NCBI GenBank assembly: GCA_964016885.1
Contig: CAXHJY010000174.1
Coordinates: 1-50,456, forward strand
DNA length: 50,456 nt
Direction: 5' to 3'
From: Eledone cirrhosa
Lineage: Eukaryota
Part shown: one piece after another, positions 32,195 through 44,608 of the stretch
Layout of the letters: every line of letters begins with the position of its first letter
Numbering within the stretch: the stretch's first letter is position 1
The notes under the pieces: model-generated
Seen by the model: only the letters and a program-made list of their open reading frames with translations
The model's database searches: none
What the model was told of the DNA's origin: nothing
Made by a program: the position numbers and the translations under genes

Positions 32195-33000
32195 CATCAT
32201 CATCACTGTTTAATGTCCCTTTTTCTATGTTAGTATGAGTTAGACGAGTTGTCTAGATGAGCCAAGCCAGAGCAGATACCCGTCTAGCACAGATTGGACC
32301 GATTTTGGCTTGGTTTCTAACACCAATCACATTTACAATGTGGACTAGGTACTTTTTGTCATGACACATACATGACCACTTTACAGTATGGACTGGGTTC
32401 TTTTTGTTGTGACACCTACATGACCACTTTGTAGTGTGGACTGGGTGCTTTTGTCATGGCACCAGAAACAACTATTTTACAGTGAGGACAGGGGGGGAGG
32501 TGCATGGGGATTGGAGAGGTAGATTTAGAGAGGAGGCACTTATCAAATGAGGGGTGAATGAAGGAGGTTTTTAGGGCGTTAAGTTGTATGGAAAGGAGTG
32601 CGTATTAGATGTATGCTTCAATTTGTGCACATGGGAAGGTGGGTCTTCTGTATTACTGCAAAACGCCAGAGATCATGATGCTGTGTCATCGCCTGTGAGA
32701 GGTAATTGTGCAAGGTCAGTGTTTATCACCTTATCCCAAGTCTTCCTATTCCATAGCTTCCATCAATTTTGAGTGGCCTGAACCTTTTTCTACAGCTGTC
32801 ATCTTGCATATGCATCACATTTCCATACCAACGCAATCTCCTCTCCTGCACACTACATCTGATCCCTCTTATGCCCAGTTTCTCCCTCAGTTCATTTATA
32901 CTTTGCTGTTCATGTATATTACTATTACATAGCCATCAAAGAATTTCAGAGCACTTGTTTCCCATCAGTGTTTGTTACTTACAGCTCCTGTGCAATGGCC
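32195..33000 (-). mobile_element. Decayed RTE LINE 3' end with ~50-bp subrepeats
   Basis: (CAT)n tail at 32195; CACTTTACAGT.TGGACT.GGT repeats at 32325-32490; decayed RT C-terminal sequence (CATACCAACGCAATCTCCTCTC = ERRLRWY) near 32824. Confidence 0.7.
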
Positions 33001-33149
33001 TATTCTATATTCTATATTATCATGGCCTAGTTCTTATAGCAAAATCTGGAGAAGGGCTTAGAGTAAGCTTGGGGAAAAGAAAGTTTTGCTGAGTAGGAAA
33101 CAAAACAGGACTGATCCTCTCGGGGAAAGTGGCCTTGCTCTGTATTTAG

Positions 33150-33825
33150 AAAATAGAGTAGGTAGAAACTCGATACAATGTACACAATATACACAAAGTG
33201 TAGTTGGGTAGCTGGCAAACTAACAGAAAAGGTAGACTTCATACATGGCAGATGCACAGGAATAGTTGGTAATAAGAGCATCAGTGAAATAAACTTTTTT
33301 CCAATCTGAGGAAGGGTCCAAAGAAGTGTTTCTGCTACCTAAGTGATCTAATTAGCTGTGGAGGAAGTTGCACTGAAAGCATAATAGCTAGGATAAGAAC
33401 ATGAGGGAAAAGGTTCAAGGAGTTACCACATCTGTTGACAACGAAAGGTTTCTCTCTACAAAAGGCCAGTTGTATGATGCCTGTGTGCAAAGTTGCATAA
33501 CAGTGAGATATGGACAATGAAAGTAGAGGATATGTGAAGGCTAGATGAAAGCTGGATATAAGGGGAATTAGATGTAATGTGCAGGAAAGAAGCCTATGCT
33601 GGGATGACAATCATTGAACAAAGAAATGCCAAGAAATCCCAGTGGAAGGAGGCTGCAGTAGAGGGAGATCAAGGAAGTCTTGGGTAGAGGTTATGAGAAC
33701 TGATCTAAATTAGATGAAGCTCACACAGGAGATGACAAAAGACCACAAGTGGAAGAATGCTATGCTAGAAGAAACCTGTCCATCCAAGCATGGAAAAATG
33801 GACACAAAACAATGATGATGGTGAG
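33150..33825 (+). mobile_element. Decayed RTE LINE fragment
   Basis: CTGTTGACAACGAAAGGTTTCTCTCT..GTTGTATGATGCCTGTGTG matches 16473-16530; ends CAAGCATGGAAAAATGGAC...ATGATGATG. Confidence 0.7.
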
Positions 33826-33827
33826 GA

Positions 33828-33883
<56 letters not shown>

Positions 33884-33886
<3 letters not shown>

Positions 33887-34278
33887 TTAGTGGTTAGAGG
33901 TTAGAGCATTGGGCTTGCAATCGAAAGATTGTGGGTTCAATTCTTGGACCGGGTGATGTGTTGTTTCCTTGAGCAAGACACTTTATTTCACATTGTTCCA
34001 GTTTACTCAGCTGTAGAAATGAGATGACAGGACTGGGATCCCTATGATTCCACTGTAAAGTGGTCGTGTAGGCGCCATGGAAAAAAAGCACCCAGCACTC
34101 ACTGTAAATGAGGTTGGTGTTAGGAAGGGCATCCAGCTGTAGAAATCAAGCCACAATTAGTTCCCGTATGAGCAAGACAAAGTCAGCTGCCCGGACACTG
34201 CCCACAACAGGACAACCTGTCTAACCCATGCTAGCGTGGAAGAACGGACGTAAAACGGTGATGATGATGATGATGATG
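33884..34278 (+). mobile_element. tRNA-derived CORE-like SINE with RTE-derived 3' tail
   Basis: GGCTTAGTGGTTAGAG A box, GGTTCAATTC B box, CCTTGAGCAAGACACTTTA core, then GGTTGGTGTTAGGAAGGGCATCCAGCTGTAGAAA...CGGACGTAAAACG(GAT)n as in the RTE 3' UTR at 42460-42607. Confidence 0.85.
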
Positions 34279-34512
34279 AAATATATATATATAAACTACT
34301 TATGTTTTTCACTGTACTTAATTTATCTGTAACAGCATGTTTTTTAATTTTTATAATTTTTGTTGCATTTATCTGCTCCTATTTTTCATATGCTTTTTCT
34401 GCCTCCGTTACCTTATATAAATATTGATATTTATGCTTATCTAGCCTCCCATATTATGTATCCTCCTATTGTTCTTGTTACAAAGTTTTGATATGTTTGT
34501 GTTTGACTTTTG

Positions 34513-34568
34513 TTATCAACTGATGATTCCAGCCTTGTGCTAGGATGAAACAATCGTCAGTGATTAAA
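34513..34568 (+). ncRNA. Minimal type I hammerhead motif: intact core, degenerate stem I
   Basis: CTGATGA 34520-34526; stem II TCC-AGC/GCT-A-GGA; GAAA 34547-34550; C-AATC-G; GUC triplet; stem I only ATCA/TGAT, with proximal mismatches. Confidence 0.6.
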
Positions 34569-34754
34569 TGTTTGAAAGCTTAAACACTCTTTGATTATCA
34601 TTTCCATTGTATTTCAGCTATGTAGTATACTTGTTATTTTACATCGAGCTATTTTCATACTTGTAACTGGCTAATATTTATTATTACCCACACAATATAT
34701 ATATTTATATATAGCTATATTTATACTTATATACATATTAGATCCTCGACACTG

Positions 34755-34794
<40 letters not shown>

Positions 34795-34796
<2 letters not shown>

Positions 34797-35030
34797 CTAG
34801 AAGAAAAAACCAGAATTGAAAGGCCTAAACATGAACTCACCAAAGACTAAAAGAACTAATAAATAAAAGAGATAGGAACCTTATACCAATTAGGAAGTGG
34901 TCTTGTTCGATATGTCAAAAAGAGATGGCCAGAAGTTCCATAAGGTGCACACAGTGTGATATATATGGATACAGAAAAGATGTAATGAGATTACAGGTAG
35001 GTAAATAGAGAAGATATACTTTGTATGCAG
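34795..35030 (+). mobile_element. Decayed fragment of a PHD-containing RTE
   Basis: CTAGAAGAAAAA..GAATTGAAAGGCCTAAA, GGAAGTGGTCTTGTTCGATATGT and AAAAGATGTAATGAGATTACAGGTAGG resemble 41327-41580. Confidence 0.55.
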
Positions 35031-35129
35031 CAACTCCTGTCACTTACCCATGATATATCAGGCTTAATACCTCCTTCCTATTCTCACTTTACACCTCCAC
35101 TTACATAGGCTAGAGAGGGCCCCGATAAA

Positions 35130-35390
35130 ACACACCCAGCGCATTGTGTAAAGTGGTTGGTGAGCATTTTACAGACACACAGTTCGCAAAGAGATTCAGA
35201 GTGACATATTGTGTGACAAGGCTAGCACTTTGAATTACAGGTACACAACTCATTTGTGCCAGCTGAGTGGACTGGTGGAATGTTAAATAAAGTGTCTGGC
35301 TCAAGGACACAACAAACCAATGGGAATCGGACTTATGGCCTTATGATCCTGAGTCGAATACCCTAACCACTGAGAAACATGTCTTCACTA
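35130..35390 (-). mobile_element. SINE family B copy
   Basis: GAATTACAGGTACA..ACTCATTT..CAGCTGAGTGGACTGG..AAATAAAGTGTCT.GCTCAAGGACAC..TACCCTAACCACT shared with 24215-24480. Confidence 0.75.
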
Positions 35391-36413
35391 TATATACAGA
35401 GATAAACAGGCAGACAGAAAGACAATAATATAAGGACTAAGGAAAACACAAAGTGTGATTTGAAACAGTTTAGTTATTCAGAGAAGTGAAAGATAAACAG
35501 ACAGACATACAATGATAGATAAGGAGGAAGAAACATAAAAACACATTCTATGATAATATATCCATTCTTACTAATCTAAAGAGTTACTACAACTGTGTGT
35601 GCGAGAGAGAGGGAGTGGGAGAAAGAGAGAGAGATAGCAACAATGTAATAGTGTTCTGGGACAGTACAACTGCTACACATACATCCAAGACAGGATCCAC
35701 ACCCACTTTAAATCCACTTCATTGATTAAGTATGGAATCACATACCGCTCTCTATCTAGCCTACATATGTGCAGTTTCCCTATTGTTTTGTCAGAGAAGG
35801 AAGAGCTGTACCCATGATCCTTTTTGAGAGCCTCCAAAATGGGGGAGGGGGGAAGAAAGGTGTCCTCAATCCAGACGCCTAGTCCCCACACTCCTAATAC
35901 CTGCAACAGAATGTACTTTGCAAAAGACACCCAAGGACCAAATAGTGGTGCCTGTTCCTTGGCAATAGTTAGTTGTAAACTACCTCCGCCAATGGCCACC
36001 CGACATCGGCTCTTTTCATCAAACATAGTGTGTATGTGCATGCATATCCATCCTCACTTCAGGACCTGCACTCACTAATTTACCTTTCTTTCCTCCCCAG
36101 AGCACAATCTGACTAGAACTTCCTCCCTAATCATATTGACTTATATGTTCACACTGAACATCATATTGACTTATAGTTGTTCACACTGAACATCAACCAC
36201 AATAAATTTTATCAGTCTCAGTGAGATATAACCTTTTCCTCCAAACTGAACCATATAACTTTTCTTTTTTTTTAATCTTAACCCTTTTTATACTAACACA
36301 ACCAAAAATCAGTTATCATTATCATCATTTAACATATAATTTCCATGCTGAAACAAAACCACTCATCTTAAAGGTTTCCAATTTAAATTAAAATCTTCAA
36401 ACAATTTTACATA

Positions 36414-36590
36414 CGAGGTTTGTCCCAAAAGTAAGGGTACTGGTGTTTTATTCAAAGGTATATTAGATGTACATAAAATTACAATTTATCTCCTTCAAAA
36501 TACAACCCTTAGGAAGTCACAGTGGTTGTAACATTTTTCCTATTGATCATAGCAGTACCGGAAGTCATTTTCTGTGCGTGTCCTTAGCTC
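36414..36590 (-). mobile_element. Mariner transposon remnant (3' TIR and transposase C-terminus)
   Basis: TA-CGAGGTTTGTCCCAAAAGTAAG terminus; the minus strand translates TENDFRYCYDQ*EKCYNHC...GLYFEGDKL*, resembling the mariner C-terminal GxYFE motif. Confidence 0.7.
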
Positions 36591-36989
36591 ACCAGTTACA
36601 ATTTTTTGTTGTATGTGTATTTGTAGAGTATGTGTGTGAGTGGGCATGTGTCTGCAGAGTGTACACACATGTGTATGCATTTGTTTGCAGTGTATGTGTG
36701 GATGAGAATGTACATGCATGCATGCCTTATGTGTCTGAACCTCTGTGTGTGTGCAATGCATTTGTTTTGGAAGCATACCTTATTGATTAAAAATGCGACA
36801 ATGTCCTATTTTAGTTATCCGCTATAATTTTTTCATATTTTTCTTAACTAAATAGTTATGTTGGTGGCAGGTGCAAATTCATGTTTTAGTACAGATAATA
36901 TTGCCAAAGCAATGTGATATTTATTTCCCTACAGACAGGAATAAAGAATATAAAACTATTAGATCGACTATTCCAGCTGTGACCAACAC

Positions 36990-37247
36990 ATTTTTTTTTA
37001 AACAATACTAAACCATCTGAAACTGTGGGTTCTAAAGTTATTTATTTTAAATTGTATATAATTATCTAAAAACTTTACATCATAATTTTATGTAAGAAAC
37101 TTTATATTCTAAACACCAGCCTAATAATGAGAAATTGATATTATTAAATCCCTTCAAATTTTCAATTATTTTCAAATTGATTTGAAAACCATATGCGAAA
37201 ACCATATGCAGTGTCTTTCATTAGAAATATTGTAATGAAAGATTTAA
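36990..37247 (-). mobile_element. TTAA/CCC-ended MITE family copy
   Basis: CATAATTTTATGTAAGAA, AAACACCAGC.TAATAATGAGAAA and TCTTTCATTAGAAATA blocks. Confidence 0.65.
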
Positions 37248-37371
37248 AACTTATTCTTTCAGAGCTGACTTCTGCAATATACCAGCTACTAATGTACCAT
37301 CAGTCTTGTGTGAGACATCCTGAAGAAATAGCCTCGAATTTCATGCTATAGAAGCCTTCATATGGGCAGGG

Positions 37372-37614
37372 TAAACCTTTTGATACCAAACTGCCTAAAA
37401 CTAACCCTGGTCCTATGATAAAAAGCTGTTTATATATATCTAAAAACCTTCCATCAAAATTTTATGGAAGAACCTTTGTTGAGTTATGCTCCAAACATCA
37501 GCTTAATAATGAGAAAGTTAGCTATATTACTATGTAGATTCTTGATTACTTTCAAAATTATTTGAAAATTCTAGACAGTATCTTTCAATAGAAATATGGT
37601 AACAAAAGAATTAC
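37372..37614 (-). mobile_element. TTAA/CCC-ended MITE family copy
   Basis: TAAACCTTTTGATACCAAACTGCCT...CAGCTTAATAATGAGAAAGTTA...AGAAATATGGTAACAAAAG. Confidence 0.7.
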
Positions 37615-38086
37615 CATAGAAGAGACTACAAGCTTTACGGATACCCTTCAAAAAGATGTTTTGGGGATGACCTGCCGTTACAATAACACGGAATCGGAGC
37701 GTCCTCCCCCCAAATCAAAATCGGCCCTCTATTTTCAAACTTGATTTCAGGAAAAAGAAAAGAAATTGAGAAATGAAATATAGATTTTTCTATATGTATA
37801 GAACAGTCATCCAAAAGAAGACAAGGTGAAAGGAAAACATTTTGTGTCATTCATCAGTTCCCGTGTGTAAGCAAATATAGTAAACAGCCTGCTTCCAGCC
37901 CACTTCCTTTTCATATATATATATATATAATGTGGTTGTCATTAGGAAGGGCATGTAAGAACCAAGCCAAAATACAAGTCCTTATGAGCAAGACTTGGAT
38001 TTCAGCATTGATTTGTCTCACAATGGGACAGCCTGTCTAACCTATGGAAGCGTGGATAAATAGACGTTAAATGATGACGACGATGA

Positions 38087-38138
<52 letters not shown>

Positions 38139-38155
38139 ATATATATACTGTTCCT

Positions 38156-38492
38156 CCTCATAACAGTACCATCCAATTCCACACTGAAAACATGGTTGCG
38201 GCTACCAAACTATGGTTCTGCTGTGAGTAGAGCACAGCGTAGCCAACTGGCATGCCCCTCTCATAACAGTGCTATCCAGCTCTACACTGTAAATCTTATT
38301 GCAGCTCTCAAACTATGGTTCTGCTGTGAGCAGGATCAGTGCGGCCAACTGGCCCACCCCTCCTCATAACAGTGCCATCCAGCTCCACACTATAAATCTG
38401 GTTGCAGCTCTCAAACAGGTTCCGCTGTGAGTAGGGCACAGCATGGCCAACTTGCCTGTCCTTCTTCATAACAGTGTCATCCAGTACCACAC
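38156..38492 (+). repeat. Tandem repeat, ~103-bp unit, ~3.3 copies, leading into an RTE-type tail (to ~38660)
   Basis: TCATAACAGT recurs at 38158, 38261, 38364 and 38466, then GTGGTTGATGTTATGAAGGGCATCCAACTGTAAAA...GGATGTTAAACAATGATG. Confidence 0.85.
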
Positions 38493-38669
38493 CATGTGGT
38501 TGATGTTATGAAGGGCATCCAACTGTAAAAATCCTGGCCAAATTTTACATTTCCATCTGAACAAGGCACTGCACAGCCAATCTGGCCAGACTTGTCTTAT
38601 GTCATGAATGACCTGTCTATCCCATACAAGAATGGGAAATGGATGTTAAACAATGATGCTGATTATATA

Positions 38670-38700
<31 letters not shown>

Positions 38701-38715
38701 ATGTATGTATGTATG

Positions 38716-38760
<45 letters not shown>

Positions 38761-38875
38761 ATGTATATATATATATATATATGGATGTGTGTATGCATAT
38801 ATATATGTATATGTATGTATGCATATATATATATGTATATGTATGTATGCATATATATATATATGTATATGTATG

Positions 38876-38912
<37 letters not shown>

Positions 38913-38941
38913 GTATATGTGTATGTATGTATGTATGTATG

Positions 38942-39050
<109 letters not shown>

Positions 39051-39065
39051 ATATATATATATGTA

Positions 39066-42000
39066 TGCGACAATGCCAAAGATAAAGACAAATTCACCTC
39101 ATGGATGAGAATGCGAGCACTCCTCTTTGTTTCGGCCACGGATGGCTAACATAACCCCATCTCCCCCCGCCTCCCACCGCCCCCACCCTCCAAACACAAT
39201 CCAAAACTTCAGAGTTGGTACCATAAATGTAGGCACCTTAAAGGGTCGCGCTAACGAGGTTGTAGAAATGCTTGATCGTAAGGAGGTCGATGTTTGTTGT
39301 ATTCAAGAGACCAGGTGGAGGGGTGGGTCTGCTAGATTCATTGAGGGTAAAAAACGATGCTATAAGCTTTTCTGGGTGGGAAATGACGATGGGCTGGGTG
39401 GAGTAGGAATCATGGTAGCAGAAAAGTGGGCAGATAAGATAATAGACGTAAATAGAGTGAACGACAGAATAATTAAAATAAGACTTGTCCTCAATAGAAC
39501 TACGGTGACAGTAATATCTGCGTACGCACCACAATCCGGACTGCCTGGCGCTATAAAAGACAGATTCTATGAGACACTGATGCTCACTACCTCCCAAATA
39601 ACCGACAGTGACTATATAATTATTGCAGGCGACCTAAATGGTCACGTTGGGCAACATTGTGACGGCTACGACGAAATCCATGGAGGCTATGGGTTTGGTA
39701 CTAGAAATGAGGAAGGCTCCAGAATCCTGGAATTCTGTGACGCAAATAACCTAACTATCTGTAACACTAACTTCAAAAAACGTGACAATCACCTGATCAC
39801 CTATAGATCCGGGGAACACACAAGCCAGATAGATTATATCCTTACCAGAAGACGCGACAGAGTGTCTGTTGTAAACACTAAATCCCTCCCCCATGAAGAA
39901 TGCACCCCCAACATAGACTGATAATTAGCGACCTCATAGTCAGGACGAGACGTACTCGACAGCAGAAGAGGACTATCCTCAGGAGAAAAATATGGAAGCT
40001 AAAGGACCCCACAGCCAGAAATAAATTCCAAAGCATATTACTTGATGCTTTCGACAGTAAGGAAGAGCATTTAGAGTCGGACAATATAGAGGGACAGTGG
40101 GAATTCCTGAAGGCAAACCTGCTGATGGCGGCAGACGAAGTCTGTGGCTGGAGCAGGCCTGTAGGCAGGAGGAGAGTAACATGGTGGTGGAACAGTAAGG
40201 TGGAGGGGTCAATTAAGGCCAAAAAGCAGGCTTGGAAAGTATGGCGGGATGGGGGAAGTAGAGAAGACTATCAAGTGGCCAGGAGAAAAGCCAGGAGACA
40301 AGTGTACTTCGCAAGAAGGGAAGCAGAGGAAAGAAAGTTCAAGCATGTTCTACAACGCGAGGACCAAAAACGTGAGGTGTTCAGGATTGCTAGGCAATGT
40401 GTCAAGGAAAACCATGATATTGTCGGGGAGAAGTGTGTACTTAATGATGACGGCGTACTTGCCATCACCGACGCTGATAAGAAGGTAGCTTGGAAGTGTC
40501 ACTATGAAAGGCTACTAAATGAGGAGAATAAATGGGAGAAAGACAGTCTCCCCCACATCGACCCAATAGAGGGACCAGCAGTGTTAGTCGAGGGTAGTAT
40601 AATAAGTAAGGCAATCAAGGATATGAAGACGGGTAAGGCAGCTGGGCCTTCGGAAATAGTTGCTGAGATGCTGAAGGCATCTGGCACGGTGGGACACACC
40701 ATGGTCACCCGGATAGTTAACCAAGTCATACAGAATGGGGTTGTTCCGAAGGACTGGCGTAGCAGCATCATCGTTAACTGTTATAAGGGAAAAGGAGATG
40801 CCCTAGATAGGAGTAACTATAGAGGCATTAAATTAATCGACCAGGTCATGAAGGTCACGGAAAAAGTAATAGCGCAACTAATCAGAGAGAGAATTGACCT
40901 AGATGAAATGCAGTTCGGGTTTGTGTCAGGCAAAAGTACCACAGATGCTCTTTTCATTGTACGACAACTACAGGAGAAGTACCTAGCTAAAAGTAAACCC
41001 CTATACTTAGCTTTTGTCGACTTGGAGAAAGCCTTCGACAGAGTCCCCCGTTCCATTATCTGGTGGGCTCTTAGAAAACTAGGTGTCGTCGAATGGCTTG
41101 TGAGAGCTATACAAGCCATGTATAAAGAAACAGTCGACAAGGTTAGAATTAACAACGAATATAGTGAAGAGTTTCGCGTAAAAGTTGGCGTCCATCAGGA
41201 CTGTTCTCAGCCCCCTACTATTTATTATTGCCCTTCAGGCTATAACAGAGGAGTTCAAGACCGGCTGCCCATGGGAACTCCTATACGCAGACGACCTAAC
41301 ACTCATAGCTGAATCAATGGCCGAGCTAGAGAAGAAATTCCAAACATGGAAGCACGGCCTAGAATCAAAAGGCCTTAAAATTAATCTGGCTAAGACCAAA
41401 GTTCTAGTTTGTAGGAAAGAAAATAAGGCGGCAGTCCCTTCTGGGAAGTGACCATGCTCAGTGTGTAGGAAAGGCGTAGGTAGAAACTCCATTTTATGTC
41501 CTAAATGCAAAGTATGGGTGCATAAAAGATGTAGTGGGATCACAGGTAAGCTAACTAAGAACATAGATTTTACATGTGGCCGGTGCTCTGGTGCAATAAG
41601 TAGCAGCAAGTGCCCACAGAATACTAGCTCTTTCAACTGCGCAGAGGGCTCTATAGAAATAGTGGACAGCTTCCGTTACCTGGGTGACAAAATCAGCAGT
41701 GGGGGAGGGTGCTCTGAAAGTACAGTAGCTAGAGTCAGAACTGGATGGAAAAAGTTCAGAGAGCTTATACCACTATTAGCCGCTAAAGTGTTCTCCCTAA
41801 AAATTAAAGGCAGGGTGTATGATGCCTGCATACGAACAGCAATGTTGCATGGCAGTGAGACCTGGGCATTGTGTGCAGAGGATATACGCAGACTAGAGGG
41901 GAATGAAGCTTGCATGCTCCGCTGGATGCGTAATAGTAATATACGTGAACGGCAAAGCATAAACGAACTAAGGAAAAAATTAGAAATAAGAGGGATCAGA

Positions 42001-42607
42001 TGTTTACTCGAGAGAAGGCTACGTTGGTATGGACACGTGATGCGCATCAAAGTCGATAGCTGTATAACAAAGTGCAGGGCAATAAAGATAGACGGTAGCC
42101 ACGGAATAGGCAGACCTAGAAAAACCTGGGACGAGCTGATAAACTCCGACCTCACACACTTACACCTCTCCAAGACAATGTCACTGGACCGAGACCTTTG
42201 GCGGTACTCAGTAATAGAGAAGACCCGCCTTACCTAAATACATAGCAAAACCTACTACAGTCAGTAGGCATCTCTAACAAAATACACCCCCGTCCCACCA
42301 CCCCCACCCCATCCACACCGCCCCCTTCTATGTAAAGTTGTGTTGGTGCCACACCATCCAGGCCGAAACAAATGAGATCGTGTAGGTGTCACGACAAAAA
42401 AACACAGTCCACGCTGTAATGTGGCCGTGTAGGCAACACGGTAAAAACCTCCCAGACCCACACTGTAAATGTGGTTGGTGTTAGGAAGGGCATCCAACTG
42501 TAGAAAACCTGCCAGACAGCCCTATGCGAGCAAGACAATCACTCTTGCCTCAAGTGGGAAAACCCCCCCGTCCGAACCCATGCAAGCGTGGAACACGGAC
42601 GTTAAAC
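39066..42607 (+). mobile_element. Near full-length RTE LINE (APE + RT with PHD insertion), disrupted
   Basis: ORF 39127-39921 has TINVGTL, CIQETR, AYAPQ, AGDLNG and IDYIL; ORFs 39900-41312, 41185-41451 and 41461-42237 give the RT. Frameshifts near 39907 and 41200; TGA at 41449 where the other copy has TGG. Confidence 0.95.
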
Positions 42608-42686
42608 GGTGTGTGTGTGTGCGTGTGTGCGTGTGTGCGTGTGTGCGTGGGTGCGTGTGTGCGTGGGTGCGTGTGTGCGTGCGTGC

Positions 42687-42726
<40 letters not shown>

Positions 42727-43970
42727 CAATTCATTATTTAATGCATTGAGAATATATTTGGGCATTCTAAGGGTCAGAGTAAATTATATTAATAGATTAT
42801 TAGATTGCATATATTATACATCATCATTGTTTTATATCCTGCTTCAGAACACCATCTACTTGTGTAGATTCATCATACAGCACACATAAAAATAGAAAAC
42901 TACCAATCTTTGTTGTTGTTTATGCCTTCTGGCTCATTTTATGGGCCAAGGCCAAGATCAAGCTGTGGTGCTATTTAACATGATTTTTATGGCTGAATGC
43001 CTTTCCTATTGCCAACTATGTTACTGCATGGGATAGGTACATTTTACCATTGAAAGCAGCACTAGTAAGATTGTCTGTCAGGACTAAAAATGTTCTATCC
43101 TGTATCAGATTTTATTCCGTTATGTTCACTGAGTTTGTTTCTTTATAAAACACACACATGCTTTTATTATAAAAAGCTGTTGCAATCCATATTTTTACTA
43201 TTAAATAATTGAATAAGTTGGGTAAATTAGTCTGGGGCTCAGAAATAGATGAGTAAAACAGACGTTTCTGGCTACCTTTTTCCCAGTTCTACAGGTAAAT
43301 TACCTGATGTATTTAACTATTTTATAGTTAATGTAAGAATTACAGCAGCTTTTCCTAATAACAGCAAACAAGTTTTAAATTTTCAAACTTGCCTAACTTC
43401 ATCATCATCATTTAGTGTCCGCTTTCCCTGCTAGCAAGTGTTGGATGAGTTTAGATAGACCTAGTCAGTACTGACCTCCCAGACAAACAGAGGTTTGCAT
43501 CCTGTTTATGTGTAGTCATATGTTCTATGAAGTGCACAGAAGTTGTGTTTTTGACACAAACTGAAGGGTCCCCCTCAACCCTTTGTTCGAGAAGCATTCT
43601 ACGGCTTAATGCCTTTCATAATATCAATGACTTTTCAGTGTGTTCTGGGTGCATTTCTCATGTAGATCACCAACACTAGAAAGCTTGTTATGTCTTTGAC
43701 ACAACTAAAGGGTCCTCTCAACTCTTTTAGGCATGGTTTCTACAGCAGGGTACTCTTCCTGTTGCCAATCATCCTTACAGAGTGTACCAGATGCATTTTC
43801 GTGGCACCATCACTAGAGAGGCTGTTGGTCAAAGAGCTAATTGTAGAGCCCTCACTGTTCTGTGGAGGTAGATAGGTATCTTCCTGATTCTGCCTTAAAA
43901 ACAAAATTAGACTGATTTTTTCGCTCTACCATAGCAGATTACATAAATGTAAATATGAGTTGTATTGAAT

Positions 43971-44129
43971 AATAATTGTTTCTACTTTTGGCACAAGGCC
44001 AGCAATTACCCAGTACATTACTGGAACTTTATTTTATCGACCCCGTAAGGATGAAAGGCAAAGTGAACCTCAGCGGGATTTGAACTCAGACTGTAAAGGG
44101 ACGTAACTATGCTGGAAAGTATGGCGTCC
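43971..44129 (-). mobile_element. SINE family A copy, 5'-truncated
   Basis: Reverse complement of the 44637-44796 part of the complete copy. Confidence 0.85.
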
Positions 44130-44457
44130 TGAATAATAATAATATTCAATTTGTTTGCAAGCAAACAGCCTAACTATACTATGCTTTGCTTTGATGACTA
44201 TCATCATCTGTTTGTTCAACAGTAGCATTGAGGAACAGTCAATACGTTTCCGAGTCATTTCCCTTCATTGATATAACCCATATTTACATTTATGTAATCT
44301 GCTATGCTAGAATGAAAAATCAAATTCTAATTTTGTTTTTATTTTTTGGCAAGGTCAGCCATAAAATTGATCGGTATGCAAATGAGGCTAATCAGCAATG
44401 TATACTTTTGAAAATACTATATATTTTCAACAGTTCAATCAAGTAGCAGAGAGGTAT

Positions 44458-44500
44458 ATAGTCGTGATGAAGGGAAATGACCCAGAAACATGTTGACTGT
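44458..44500 (+). ncRNA. Degenerate minimal hammerhead (GTGATGA for CTGATGA)
   Basis: Stem I ATAGTC/GACTGT; stem II GGG-AAATGA-CCC; GAAA; palindromic AACATGTT; GUU. A more decayed mirror copy lies on the minus strand at ~44235-44275. Confidence 0.55.
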
Positions 44501-44608
44501 TCCTCGATGCTACTGTTGAACAAACGGATGGCGATAGTCATCAAAGCAAAACATTAGTGAGGTTGTTTGCTTGCAAATAAATCAAATATTATTATTATTC
44601 AATCTAAC

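Noticed and set aside
33884-33950. tRNA gene
   Set aside because: A and B boxes are present but there is no cloverleaf; it is a SINE head.
35660-36110. GC-richer unique stretch with 122-aa and 84-aa ORFs
   Set aside because: No motif recognised; could be a decayed repeat.
37314-37371. Hammerhead-like CTGAAGA-A-ATAGC..GCTAT-A-GAAG-CCT..GGGC-A
   Set aside because: Stems II and III can form, but A15.1-U16.1 is replaced by G-C and stem I has only two pairs before a MITE begins; too weak to call.
37635-37760. CpG-containing patch with ORF FENRGPILIWGEDAPIPCYCNG
   Set aside because: No homology I can recognise and ambiguous splice signals.
38156-38492. CRISPR-like periodic repeat
   Set aside because: Whole units are homologous with no unique spacers, there are no cas genes, and the context is eukaryotic.
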